This document shows positions 46,690-56,575 of a DNA stretch of 64,000 nucleotides, piece by piece; the first letter of the stretch is position 1, and each line of letters starts with the position of its first letter. The notes below the pieces were generated by a model. It was given only the letters and a program-made list of their open reading frames with translations. It was not told where the DNA came from and ran no database searches. The translations under genes were made by a program, and so were the position numbers. The stretch is from a virus (taxonomy: Duplodnaviria; Caudoviricetes), in IMG/VR virus record IMGVR_UViG_3300035703_000078, positions 4,288 to 68,287 of that record. One strand, given 5' to 3'.

Positions 46690-48051
46690 TTACTTCTTAA
46701 GTTTATTCTGTAAAATCATACCAGCTTTTTGGTATCCAATTTCCCAAGCATCTAATAGTGAATCTTTATTTATAGAACCGCCGTATACAGAAGCTAAAGA
46801 TTCTACAGTAGTTCCAGTAATATCAAGAATATTTGTTTTTGTAAAAGCAGAAGAAACACCAGTAATACTAGAAATTGTAGTTTTATCTAGCTTATAACAG
46901 AATATTGATAGATCTAAGCTACCTAAAGTATTTTCTGCTGGTAATCCAGTTACCTCACCGCTGCCTGTATTTGGAACATACTCTAAATAAGAAGCATCAT
47001 TTTCATCAGAGCTTCCTGGTATTTCAAATAAATTCAAATGTTGTCCAAATGATGTAGTTCCCATAAGTACAAGATCGAGAGTAATGGTTCTAGGAACTGA
47101 TGTATCCTCAATAATTGGTGCTGGATCATTTCCACCATCAAATAAACTTGAAGAAGCTACATCTAAGTAGAACTCAAAGTTAACTACACCGCTTACTGGG
47201 TCAATAGACGTCTGCTGTAATACTATCTTGCCATTGTTAATTAATGGATTGACAATACCGACTGTGCCAGTATTAACTATTGTTACTGAGTCACCATCAA
47301 TAAACAAATCATTAAGTAAATTTGTAAATGAGCACGTTGGATGCTCATTTAATGTAGCACTTGGTCCCCAAATTCCCCTACAAAGAGTTGTTTTTAATTC
47401 TGTATTGGTATCTAATGCAGCTAATACTGAATCAAAACCTGGTCTTTTATTAAGAGCAAACTTATGACCACGCCATTGGCTTTTAAAAAATGGCATTTTA
47501 AAACCAGGAGTAATAGGAACAGCTGTAATTCTTACAGTAATTGCTGATTTTCCTGTTCCACCAAAGCTTACATCTGCATCTCTAAAATATACAGTAGAAC
47601 TTATATCTTGTATTTTTAATTTAATTTCTGGATTTATTTCTTCAATTATTGTATTTGCTCTATAAATGTCATTAGAAACTGAATCATCTTCTACTACAGT
47701 ATTACCTACCTGAGGAAGTGTTTCTACTGAAAGTACATCTCTAGCAAATATAAATCTTGATCCAAGCGTATGACCTACTGAATTTAGCGTAGCTACGTCA
47801 GTAATTGTTTTATCGCCTTCACTTAAGTTTACAGTGGTTGTTGGATCAACTAAAGTAAAAATTGAAACAAGACTTTCAGTAGCACCTTCACTATCAATTG
47901 GAACTGTAATTGATTCATTTAATGGTAGCGGGGCATTTAAAACTACGCTGGAGTTTGCTTCTACTGGATTAAATGGAATTAACTGGTTGGTTTCAACGCT
48001 ATAAAATAAACCTCTAGCTAGTGCAAGTTGTTGCTGTGTTGTAATTGACAT
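46690..48051 (-). CDS. putative virion structural protein
   Basis: Beta-rich, acidic; termini resemble those of 48059..51082. Confidence 0.6.
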   Translation of the reverse strand: MSITTQQQLALARGLFYSVETNQLIPFNPVEANSSVVLNAPLPLNESITVPIDSEGATESLVSIFTLVDPTTTVNLSEGDKTITDVATLNSVGHTLGSRFIFARDVLSVETLPQVGNTVVEDDSVSNDIYRANTIIEEINPEIKLKIQDISSTVYFRDADVSFGGTGKSAITVRITAVPITPGFKMPFFKSQWRGHKFALNKRPGFDSVLAALDTNTELKTTLCRGIWGPSATLNEHPTCSFTNLLNDLFIDGDSVTIVNTGTVGIVNPLINNGKIVLQQTSIDPVSGVVNFEFYLDVASSSLFDGGNDPAPIIEDTSVPRTITLDLVLMGTTSFGQHLNLFEIPGSSDENDASYLEYVPNTGSGEVTGLPAENTLGSLDLSIFCYKLDKTTISSITGVSSAFTKTNILDITGTTVESLASVYGGSINKDSLLDAWEIGYQKAGMILQNKLKK

Positions 48052-48058
48052 AAATACC

Positions 48059-51000
48059 TCACTTTAATTTTTTAAGAATTTTCATTCCGGTATAGTGCAA
48101 CTGTTTTTCAACTTCAGTTAATTCACCATCCAGATTAAAATCGCCACCGGAAATACCAGTAGATGTTTGGTTAATTTCAAACTGCTGCAAACCGCTTGGT
48201 GTTTGATCAAAACTTAAACCAGGAATAACTATAAAACCACTAGCTGTACCTGTTTGTAAATCTACAAAGACAGGCTCTGATGGATCAGCTCCTGGTGGAA
48301 GAAAGCCTGGTTTATAAAACTTTAGTGGTGTTGCATTTGATGTAACACTATTAAAAATTCTACTCTTTTTTGTTAGACTTTCTAAGTTTCCATTTGTTTT
48401 AACAAATCCAAGAACTGCTTGATCAGATGTTATTGTAGTAGTATTTCTAGCAAAGGATGGATTTACAAAAAAATCACCTTTACTTCCACCAATAACAGTA
48501 AAGTTACCATTATTACCTAAAATAACTAAAGATTGATTAGTACCAAATCCAGCAGCAGTTAAGCTATCAAACATAGCTCGGCATGTAGTCACAGAAACAG
48601 GAGGAACATAAACATAAGTACTATCACCACCACCCTTACCCTCATTAACATAAGCAAAGATGTTGTTATATAGATCCCTATTAAAAAGGCTATTAGTACC
48701 ATATGTATAAGTACCAGTACCTAGTGGATCTGGGCCAGTCAAAGATCTTTGTTGGATTTTTTTTAACATGTTTTCTAGTATTGTATTGCTTCCCAAAACT
48801 GAATCGGCAAAGCTTACAATCTCTACTTCTTGATATGGAGCAAGATCTGTAGTTTCTCCATTATATCGTGGATTTACAGCAACGCATCCACCAACAGTTT
48901 GATAACCACCAAACATAGAAATAACTTTAAATCTCTGGCCAGAGGATGATTTTGGAATCTTATTTAATAGTGTCTTAATAAAGTTTCTACCGCCACCAGA
49001 TGTTGGTGTTTGCCAAGTATTTGGTAAATGAGTTCTGTATACTTGAGCTAAACCAGAAGCATTTTTACCAAAGTTAGCATCAAGTGGTGCTTTAGTATTT
49101 ATTGTCAGTGGATTAAGATCACCAACAACACTGGATACTAACTCGATACCATACAGTTCTCCTGTTTCATGTAAACACCAAACAACAGTTGGAGTTCCAC
49201 CATAACCACCAGTTGCACATATATCTACATAGTTTTCATTTGGAATTGTAACAGGCAAGCCCTCATCATCTGTTAGATAGCCAGCTTCTAAATCTTCTTT
49301 AGTAAAGTAAACCCACTTTTTTAACCCAACATCGCTATTGTTAGCAACATTACCATTCATAAAAAGAATACGAACAGATCCATTAGAATCTAAAGTAGCA
49401 AGTACTACATCGCCACTTAAATCAACTGATTCAAAGTCAACAGCAACACTGTCAGCTACTCCATCATCATCTAAATCATTTGTAAAAAGCTCACGCATTT
49501 GTACGGAGTTAGTAACGGAATCTATTAAGTTAGGATTTGTAGCAAGAATGGTTGAATTGTTATACTGTTTTCTTACCAACTTAGTAACATTTATCATTGT
49601 ATTTGGGTTGTTAGCATTTGAGTAGACTGTCTGGGGAGCATCAATCTTACCAGAAACATCAACCTGCAATGCTGTAAAGAATCCAGCTGCAATTCTTTTT
49701 TTATTACATCCCTTTACTACACCATCAATAAAATCAAAGTAAGCACATTTATAAGTTTCTATTGGCTTGACTTGACCGAATGTGCCTGCTGGAGATTGAG
49801 CTGATCTACGTTGTGTATCAACTAAATCATACATTGAACCAGGAGAGTTTGAAAATATAGTAGAATACTGGTTAGCAACTGTTACATTTTTAGCACTAAG
49901 CTGAGACTGGAATGTAGAATTGTCATTTCTTCCATCAATAAATATACCAGCCTGACCGGATACAGCTACTGAGTTAGCCAAACCCTGTTCCCAGTATTGG
50001 GTTGTAGCGTTTTTAAGAATAGTAAGAGTTCCATCTAATCCGCCAAAGTCATTAAATTTATTTTCAATGCTTCCAGTAGCTTTTGAGTATGGGTAGAAAG
50101 GATAAATATTATCTATGCTATTAGCATCACTGCAACGTAAAAATATGTTTGTATAGATATCAACATCAAATGTTCTAAATAGTGGCAACGAAATAGGACC
50201 ACTTGTATACTCATAGTTAGTATCTGAAAGCGTTGTAATACCAGAAGTAACTACATTTTCATCATCAATCCATAAACCAAGTGGAAACATATCAACAATT
50301 CTTAAATCATAATTAACTGGTTTAAGATCTTCGTAGTCAGTACCGATGTTATTAAGTCTTCCGCTTGGATATACTGGTCCATTAAATGGATCAAATATAA
50401 AACTATCACATTCCGCAAATCTAGTACCAAGAATATCAATAGCACCATTTGCTTTTTCTATTAGTAAATTATCTCCACTGGCAAAAGCGTATGCTATAAA
50501 CCCATCAGACTCTGTGCTTAAATCTGGATTGCCAAGAGATAGAATAGTAATTGTATTATAGCCATCTCCACTAAGGTGTTCGCCTGTATTTAAATCATAA
50601 ACACTGTTAAAGCAGAAGATATTAACTATATGATCATTATTTATGTAGTTTTTTTCTACTTGCATCCAAGGTTCTGGAGCAAATTCACCATCTTCAGTAT
50701 TAAAAAACTCACCCTGTTGTACAGAAGATCTGTTAAAAAAGCCTGGATCTCCAAAGTAATCATAGTAACTAAACTTGAATGCATTATTAATGGTACTGTC
50801 GTTGCATTTTTTAATATTGTAAATTGAAGGATATTCTCCACCAACTTTTACAGGATTACCAAATCCATATCGCAATTTACCATAACCAATACTGGCAGCT
50901 GATTCCCAAAGTTGAATTTGAAGACCGGCCTTACCGGCTAAAACAATTCCAGTTTCAGATGTTAGTGCATTAAACTCAATTGGTTCAAATGTTATTGGGG

Positions 51001-51082
51001 TAGAAATACCATCAGTAGTAAAGTAGTAGTTTAAACCTTTACTTAAAGCTAATGCTTGTTGAAAAGAAATTGGATTAGCCAT
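48059..51082 (-). CDS. putative virion fibre or adhesin (RCC1-like repeats, DxDxDG motifs)
   Basis: IAAGFFTALQVDVSGKI-type repeats; DLDDDGVAD and GDFNLDGEL Ca-binding-like motifs. Confidence 0.55.
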   Translation of the reverse strand: MANPISFQQALALSKGLNYYFTTDGISTPITFEPIEFNALTSETGIVLAGKAGLQIQLWESAASIGYGKLRYGFGNPVKVGGEYPSIYNIKKCNDSTINNAFKFSYYDYFGDPGFFNRSSVQQGEFFNTEDGEFAPEPWMQVEKNYINNDHIVNIFCFNSVYDLNTGEHLSGDGYNTITILSLGNPDLSTESDGFIAYAFASGDNLLIEKANGAIDILGTRFAECDSFIFDPFNGPVYPSGRLNNIGTDYEDLKPVNYDLRIVDMFPLGLWIDDENVVTSGITTLSDTNYEYTSGPISLPLFRTFDVDIYTNIFLRCSDANSIDNIYPFYPYSKATGSIENKFNDFGGLDGTLTILKNATTQYWEQGLANSVAVSGQAGIFIDGRNDNSTFQSQLSAKNVTVANQYSTIFSNSPGSMYDLVDTQRRSAQSPAGTFGQVKPIETYKCAYFDFIDGVVKGCNKKRIAAGFFTALQVDVSGKIDAPQTVYSNANNPNTMINVTKLVRKQYNNSTILATNPNLIDSVTNSVQMRELFTNDLDDDGVADSVAVDFESVDLSGDVVLATLDSNGSVRILFMNGNVANNSDVGLKKWVYFTKEDLEAGYLTDDEGLPVTIPNENYVDICATGGYGGTPTVVWCLHETGELYGIELVSSVVGDLNPLTINTKAPLDANFGKNASGLAQVYRTHLPNTWQTPTSGGGRNFIKTLLNKIPKSSSGQRFKVISMFGGYQTVGGCVAVNPRYNGETTDLAPYQEVEIVSFADSVLGSNTILENMLKKIQQRSLTGPDPLGTGTYTYGTNSLFNRDLYNNIFAYVNEGKGGGDSTYVYVPPVSVTTCRAMFDSLTAAGFGTNQSLVILGNNGNFTVIGGSKGDFFVNPSFARNTTTITSDQAVLGFVKTNGNLESLTKKSRIFNSVTSNATPLKFYKPGFLPPGADPSEPVFVDLQTGTASGFIVIPGLSFDQTPSGLQQFEINQTSTGISGGDFNLDGELTEVEKQLHYTGMKILKKLK

Positions 51083-51092
51083 TAGTTCTCCT

Positions 51093-51392
51093 TTATATCA
51101 TTATCTGTGCGAATGTTACGGCTTCAGCATCCAAGTCAGAACCCTGTATGGCTGTAGTGCCAGCAACTAAATTACTAAGAGCAATAAATACATTTGTTGG
51201 TAAAGCAATATCGGCTAAAACTGGATCTTCATCTCCTATTTCTTCATAGATGTCAAGATGAGCATGACCTAAATCAGCCTGTGATGAGTGATTTGCTGTT
51301 AACATAATATGGGTAGTTCCTAAAGGAACTAAGGTTTTTACAGCAAGGGTTCCATTACTAATTATTTTAAAGCTTCCATTTGGAGGAATCAT
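51093..51392 (-). CDS. hypothetical beta-rich structural protein
   Basis: GGAGG SD; coupled ORF. Confidence 0.65.
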   Translation of the reverse strand: MIPPNGSFKIISNGTLAVKTLVPLGTTHIMLTANHSSQADLGHAHLDIYEEIGDEDPVLADIALPTNVFIALSNLVAGTTAIQGSDLDAEAVTFAQIMI

Positions 51393-51460
51393 TTCTTACC
51401 TCCACAACCACAGGACATCTTCTTTGATTTACCAGATTTCTTTGATTTCTTCTTAGCCAT
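51389..51460 (-). CDS. 23-aa basic peptide with CGC
   Basis: MAKKKSKKSGKSKKMSCGCGGKK; TAATG and ATGA overlaps on both sides. Confidence 0.55.
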   Translation of the reverse strand: MAKKKSKKSGKSKKMSCGCGGKK

Positions 51461-51696
51461 TACTTCTTTCCTTTCTTGGAAGACCCCCACCGTACTGGCT
51501 TAGAGCTTTTCTTAGCCTTGACACCCTTGGAGGTACATTGTGCTTTGGTTGGTCGGCAAGCGGGATAAGAGCCGCCAGAGCTGGCAGATTTCCGACCACA
51601 GGGGCCACCAGTCTTGCAATTAATCCAGCCCTTACCATTGTTCCGCTTGAACCAACCATGTAATCCGTACTTCTTTTCCTGAGAAAAGTCAGCCAT
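51460..51696 (-). CDS. basic Cys-containing phage protein
   Basis: GLHGWF..W...TGGPCGR..YPACRP. Confidence 0.75.
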   Translation of the reverse strand: MADFSQEKKYGLHGWFKRNNGKGWINCKTGGPCGRKSASSGGSYPACRPTKAQCTSKGVKAKKSSKPVRWGSSKKGKK

Positions 51697-51803
51697 TACT
51701 TCATACCCTTTGTCATCTTCTTCCCGGTCTTCTTAGCAACGGTCTTGGCCATAGCCTTGCCCTTAGCTGTGTATGGGAATGTCTTCTTACCTACCTTTGG
51801 CAT
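51696..51803 (-). CDS. 35-aa basic peptide
   Basis: MPKVGKKTFPYTAKGKAMAKTVAKKTGKKMTKGMK; AGGAGG SD. Confidence 0.7.
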   Translation of the reverse strand: MPKVGKKTFPYTAKGKAMAKTVAKKTGKKMTKGMK

Positions 51804-51804
51804 A

Positions 51805-51945
51805 TTACTTTCCTCCTTTCTTGGTCTTATTGCCCCAGTTTTTGGCCCCTACCTTACGGCATTTGACCATTGCGCCTGAAGCATATGCGCTGTGTTTTCC
51901 TTTATATCTACTCATTACTTTATTGTAACATGCATCTTTTGGCAT
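51805..51945 (-). CDS. 46-aa basic peptide
   Basis: MPKDACYNKVMSRYKGKHSAYASGAMVKCRKVGAKNWGNKTKKGGK; AGGAG SD. Confidence 0.7.
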   Translation of the reverse strand: MPKDACYNKVMSRYKGKHSAYASGAMVKCRKVGAKNWGNKTKKGGK

Positions 51946-51976
51946 ATAATCTCCTGAATAGATTCTAACTGCTAGG

Positions 51977-52144
51977 TTATTTGAAAGACTTAAGAGTTTT
52001 AGCCAAGCTGCATTGACGCTTTGTTCTTGTGTCTAGCTTGCCACTCTTGCAGTATTGAGTAATAGATTTACCAGCAGCCTTGGCTTTCTTAGTAAGTGCT
52101 CCTGGTCTTTTAATTGCGCTCTTAATCCAATTTTTCTTAGCCAT
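51977..52144 (-). CDS. basic peptide (KNWIKSAIKRPGAL type)
   Basis: Likely start ATG 52144 with AAGGAG SD. Confidence 0.7.
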   Translation of the reverse strand: MAKKNWIKSAIKRPGALTKKAKAAGKSITQYCKSGKLDTRTKRQCSLAKTLKSFK

Positions 52145-52152
52145 AACTCTCC

Positions 52153-53805
52153 TTAACTCCAAGGACCAACAGCAGTCATTGTGTCGGAACCATAGGGTAT
52201 AAATGAAATAAAAGATCCCATATTAATAGAATTAGTTCCACCTGGGTTTGCACTAAATGCTATTTGAGGGGTAATTGTAACCGAGTCTACAGTCTTAATC
52301 ATACCTGTAATAACGGCGGTATAAGTATTGTTTGATATAGTAGAACCTGTCATATTACCGCCAGCGGTTGTAGTAAATGACGCACTGTCTTGAGTTCTTG
52401 TAGCCCCACCATTTGTGCTTGGTGTACCTAACACATTAAAACATATTGTTGGTGGGTTAGAAGAAACACTTTCACTAAACCTAAGTGCAATATTTCTAGC
52501 AGCTGTAGTACCCATTGTTAAATGAAGATAACCACGAATAAGATATGTGGTGTTTGCTGCCAGTGTAATAACATCTTGTGGTGTACCGAATATATTCTGG
52601 TTGCCCGTAGAAGCACTGATGGTTCTAGAAGATGTTAATAAACTTGTTTGTTCTGTTACCATTACACCACGACCAGAAGCCGTGTTTGCATAGGTAACTT
52701 GACCATCATATTCTAAAGCACCACCAACTGACGAACTAAGAGTTATTGTAGTCAAGGTAAACTTAGGTGCTTGGAATTCAACTAGGGATTCTAAAACGCC
52801 AGAACTAAGGGTTGTACCTTGGATGGTTGTTAGTCTTGTTCCTGTACCTTTACTTGTCATATCAACTGATAAACCAAAACTACTTGTAGTAGGCGATGGA
52901 GCTAAGTCTACTCTACCATTTACAGTATTCCTAATGCTTTCATTATTCTGTAAAGTAATATTACCAGTAGTATTTAATGTACCAGTTACCAAGTCACCAG
53001 TCTGCCATTCAAAAGCAGAACCATCAATAGTTCCATTAGTTGCATCAATATAAAAATCTAAAGTACCATTGCCTAAAGTAACATCAGCAGAGCTAATAAC
53101 AACACTACCAACTCCGTTGTCAATAGATAAAATGCCGGATCCCGGACCATCAATAGAACCAGTAACATCTAAACCAGCATCAAAGCTTTGTTTAAATGTA
53201 AATGTATTTACTTGATCAACCAATACCGGAGAATACCATACAAGCTGTGCTACTCTACTTACTACAGATTGAATCATTAAAGCATTTTTAGCTATTCCCA
53301 TTGTAGTAGGCCAAATATATTCATGGTCATTAGCTAAACTAGAAGGACAAGAGTGAGCTACGTTTACAGAGTTTGTAAGATTAAAAAGCTTAAGCTTACC
53401 TAAACTTTTTACAGAAATTTCATCAGCTTCCAAGGTTTCTACTATAACATCATCTGGCAACCCAATCTGGTAGTTATTAACGGATAGCACATCTACAGTA
53501 ACTTCATTGGTTGTCCCACTTATAGACACCGGAGAGAAGGTTGCTTCTAGATTTTGTAATCTAAACTCCCAGCTATTAGGATCGCTTGTATCAAACTGAG
53601 CATTAAGCGTATTTGTTACCTTGGATAAACCAAGATTAATAACTTTTAGCTGCGAATTAATAGAAGATACATTAGTATTTGTTAAAGTTTTAAAGGATTG
53701 AAGATCATTATTTAAACTACTAATTACTAAGCTTACTGTATCACTAACATTTACAGCAAGTCTTCTAGCTACCGCAGATTGTTTTCTTTTTTCTAGGTCA
53801 CTCAT
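52153..53805 (-). CDS. putative fibre protein
   Basis: N-terminal coiled coil, Thr/Ser/Gly-rich beta shaft, C-terminal head (LAANTTY). Confidence 0.65.
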   Translation of the reverse strand: MSDLEKRKQSAVARRLAVNVSDTVSLVISSLNNDLQSFKTLTNTNVSSINSQLKVINLGLSKVTNTLNAQFDTSDPNSWEFRLQNLEATFSPVSISGTTNEVTVDVLSVNNYQIGLPDDVIVETLEADEISVKSLGKLKLFNLTNSVNVAHSCPSSLANDHEYIWPTTMGIAKNALMIQSVVSRVAQLVWYSPVLVDQVNTFTFKQSFDAGLDVTGSIDGPGSGILSIDNGVGSVVISSADVTLGNGTLDFYIDATNGTIDGSAFEWQTGDLVTGTLNTTGNITLQNNESIRNTVNGRVDLAPSPTTSSFGLSVDMTSKGTGTRLTTIQGTTLSSGVLESLVEFQAPKFTLTTITLSSSVGGALEYDGQVTYANTASGRGVMVTEQTSLLTSSRTISASTGNQNIFGTPQDVITLAANTTYLIRGYLHLTMGTTAARNIALRFSESVSSNPPTICFNVLGTPSTNGGATRTQDSASFTTTAGGNMTGSTISNNTYTAVITGMIKTVDSVTITPQIAFSANPGGTNSINMGSFISFIPYGSDTMTAVGPWS

Positions 53806-54101
53806 CCCTTACACTTTCTACCTTTAGGGCAGCTTTGCTTAGATCCACCGGGGCCAGCCCATAGGTTCTTACAAGCCCAGTATTTGGCAGAAAGTTTATT
53901 GGTTGCACCAGCGCAGTTGTGCCTAGCTTTAAAACTCTTTCTGGCTTCTGGTGAATAGTTATGACCATATCCCTTAGCACCAAAGTGAATAATCTTTTCT
54001 TGTCCACCAGAACAAGCTTTAACCATTCTCTTTTTACCGGGGGATGTAGAGGATCTAGGTTTATTACAAGGCATTGATTTTTTATCTACTCTCTTAGCCA
54101 T
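53802..54101 (-). CDS. basic viral protein (IHFGAKGY...FKARH...SAKYWA)
   Basis: Motif pattern recurrent in phage and giant-virus small proteins; follows the portal gene. Confidence 0.75.
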   Translation of the reverse strand: MAKRVDKKSMPCNKPRSSTSPGKKRMVKACSGGQEKIIHFGAKGYGHNYSPEARKSFKARHNCAGATNKLSAKYWACKNLWAGPGGSKQSCPKGRKCKG

Positions 54102-54102
54102 A

Positions 54103-55707
54103 TTATACTCCTAAGCTTGGACCTAGAATTTTAAGAGCTTGCTCACCAAACTGTGGTGGAATATTCTTACCACCATTTTGTACAAGATCTTGTTGAGCAG
54201 CACCGCTAACTGTATTAAGAGCAGACTGAGCATACATCTTTTGCATTTCCATTTGCTGCTGCCTGTCTGCTGCTTCCATTTCTTCTTTACGCAATTCTTC
54301 TTCACTCTTTACCCAGTTACTAGGATCAAACCCAAGCGAAGTAATTAATGCTCTAGCATATGATTCCCACTTGAAAGAACTGGCTGCATCTGGTGGTAGA
54401 TTTCTAACCATCTCACCCATCTGCAATAGTTTAGTTAAATCAGATTCTCTTGATAAAGATTGAAGACCTGTTAAAATTTCAATATTAAGAATACCATTGG
54501 TTTCATCAAACTGTTCACGCATTCCTGGATCAATCTCATTGTTTTGCAACATTAAATAGATTGTTCTCTTAACTACAGGAACCATGAAGTCTCTGGCAAT
54601 AGCTGAGAATGTACCGCCTAAGATTGTTTCTAGCTCGTTACCAACAGCACGAACAGCAGTAGCTGTTACTCTGTCACCCGTAGGCATAGATGCGGTCTGT
54701 AGTAGGAAGCCTTGCCCTACTTCTTTACGCATAGATTCTACGGCTGCATTGCCAACTTGTAGTTGTGGATTGATGGTATCACCGGGAGATATAGTAAAGA
54801 CCTCATTCTTACGGGCAGCTACCCATTGACCGTTAACGGCTACGGATAGGTCATCTAGTTCTGTAATACCAGCTGGGTCAACACCCATAAAGAAGGTAGA
54901 ACCTGCACCCATGCCTTGAATTAAAGCTCTTGTGTAAGCCTCTAGTGTTTTAATATCTGAATAGATATCTTCTACATGTGCTCTGCCATAATCTTCACCA
55001 GCCACGCTTGACCAGCGAAGAATAACATATGGCAATACATCGTAGTAACCAACATCAATTATCTCTCCGTCTAGTTCTTTTTCTACTTTCCAGTTGTTAT
55101 CTTCTGTTTGTGAAACACGAATATAAACTGTCTTGTATCCGCTTTGATGTTCCTCACCAGCCATAAAGTCATATGCACTAGCTGGTTCTTCATTGCTTGG
55201 TGAAATAAACTCTAAGTAAATAAACTCTTTTACAGAACCGTTAACATCTCTACGAATAACAAACTGATCTAATCTAACAACTCGATAAGAGAAATCGTTC
55301 TCCATTATAATAAGAACATCACCAACAACAATTAGATGTTGCATAGCAAGGTAAGAAGCTTCTCTTAGGTTGTTTGAAATTAGTTTCCGATAGACCTGAT
55401 AGGATAGCTTGTCTAGATATTCAGCAACCTCTGGGCTAGGTTCTCTACCATTTTTTAACCCAAATGAAAAGAAGGGTGTATCATTTAGTGGTATAAGAAC
55501 ACTAAGGATTTTACTAGCCAAGGAAGTAACTCCACGGGATTGAACAGAGGAATAAGTCTGAAACAGATTATCCTGCTGAGACATTGACTGGTAAGGCAAT
55601 AAAGAGGGAACTGTTATTGCCGAACAAGCCCTAGCTTTGTTTAACTTGGTGTCTCTCTTAGCATGTAAGACAAGCCACCTATCTTTTATGGTCTTTTCGG
55701 ATTTCAT
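54103..55707 (-). CDS. portal (head-to-tail connector, gp8-like)
   Basis: SRGVTSLASK, LRW..VAGEDYGRAHVE, RVTATAV..ELE..LGG. Confidence 0.96.
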   Translation of the reverse strand: MKSEKTIKDRWLVLHAKRDTKLNKARACSAITVPSLLPYQSMSQQDNLFQTYSSVQSRGVTSLASKILSVLIPLNDTPFFSFGLKNGREPSPEVAEYLDKLSYQVYRKLISNNLREASYLAMQHLIVVGDVLIIMENDFSYRVVRLDQFVIRRDVNGSVKEFIYLEFISPSNEEPASAYDFMAGEEHQSGYKTVYIRVSQTEDNNWKVEKELDGEIIDVGYYDVLPYVILRWSSVAGEDYGRAHVEDIYSDIKTLEAYTRALIQGMGAGSTFFMGVDPAGITELDDLSVAVNGQWVAARKNEVFTISPGDTINPQLQVGNAAVESMRKEVGQGFLLQTASMPTGDRVTATAVRAVGNELETILGGTFSAIARDFMVPVVKRTIYLMLQNNEIDPGMREQFDETNGILNIEILTGLQSLSRESDLTKLLQMGEMVRNLPPDAASSFKWESYARALITSLGFDPSNWVKSEEELRKEEMEAADRQQQMEMQKMYAQSALNTVSGAAQQDLVQNGGKNIPPQFGEQALKILGPSLGV

Positions 55708-55716
55708 TTACTCTCC

Positions 55717-56070
55717 TTATTCTGGTCTTGTTTCTTGTTCGTACTCTGGTCTTTCAATTGTTGGAGCATCTAGATTAAAGCCCATGCCTTCATCGTTTGA
55801 TTCTTCTCCAACCTGACCAGTCATTTCAGCAAAGACAGCTGCTTCTTGTTCTTCTTGAGCACGGAGTTCTTCTTCCTTAGCAAGAGCAGCTTCTTGTCTA
55901 CGTTCTGCTTCTTCTTCCTTTTCCTGCTCTCGCTGTACTCTTAGTCGTTCTTCAGCTTCAAGTTGCATTTGCTTTTGTGCTTCTAATGCTTCTCTTTGCA
56001 TGTCTCTTTGAAATTGTGTTTGTTGTTCCCAGCTGGGACCACGACTACCACCTTTACCACCACCACCCAT
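55717..56070 (-). CDS. virion protein (gp6.7/7.3 position)
   Basis: MGGGGKGG start, Glu-rich coil, directly before the portal gene. Confidence 0.6.
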   Translation of the reverse strand: MGGGGKGGSRGPSWEQQTQFQRDMQREALEAQKQMQLEAEERLRVQREQEKEEEAERRQEAALAKEEELRAQEEQEAAVFAEMTGQVGEESNDEGMGFNLDAPTIERPEYEQETRPE

Positions 56071-56072
56071 AG

Positions 56073-56243
56073 TTACTTCCTTTCTTGAGCTTCATAAAGA
56101 ACCTTGATCTTCTGGACTATTTCTAGCTGTCCGTTTTTTACCCCTCTGTCGTAGTCCTTTAGTTTTAGATCGCTCGTCTGTAGAGTTATTATTCTTTCCA
56201 AGTACTGAACTAGTTCCTTGGATATCCTTAGATTTTCTTTCAT
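56073..56243 (-). CDS. T7 gp6.5-like small protein, 56 aa
   Basis: Hand-translated MKENLRISKELVQYLERIITLQTSDLKLKDYDRGVKNGQLEIVQKIKVLYEAQERK. Confidence 0.55.
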   Translation of the reverse strand: MKENLRISKELVQYLERIITLQTSDLKLKDYDRGVKNGQLEIVQKIKVLYEAQERK

Positions 56244-56335
56244 TTGTTACATTCCTATAATCATTAATAACACTCAATGCTAAATAGAGATCGGGATCAC
56301 GAATGATCCCTAATCTCCATTGCGATAAAAGAATC

Positions 56336-56566
56336 TCAAGTCTGTTCATCTGATTCATTTATCATTATGTTTAGCATAAAATTCTTAGGACCTGGTTCTA
56401 TGTGGTTTTCATGTATTGCTTGATGGAAATTATCAAGAAAAATCTTTACCATCTTTTTATTATGAAACCCTACATCAAGAGTTGAGTCAGTTAGCTTGAC
56501 TAGATTAACCGCTTCTTTAACAACCTCATCCATGTCATATTCTGACTCTATAAATCTTGTTGGCAT
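56336..56566 (-). CDS. hypothetical protein
   Basis: AAGGAGG SD. Confidence 0.7.
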   Translation of the reverse strand: MPTRFIESEYDMDEVVKEAVNLVKLTDSTLDVGFHNKKMVKIFLDNFHQAIHENHIEPGPKNFMLNIMINESDEQT

Positions 56567-56575
56567 AAACCCTCC

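Noticed and set aside
43487-51082. Host assignment (for example Planctomycetota) from the GLGD/CGC protein and DxDxDG motifs
   Set aside because: Only an impression; it needs spacer matching or homology searches. The sequence supports at most a diderm, probably GC-rich host
56092-56358. 88-aa ORF as a full gene
   Set aside because: Its C-terminal half overlaps the more plausible gp6.5-like ORF 56073..56243 in another frame; left uncalled
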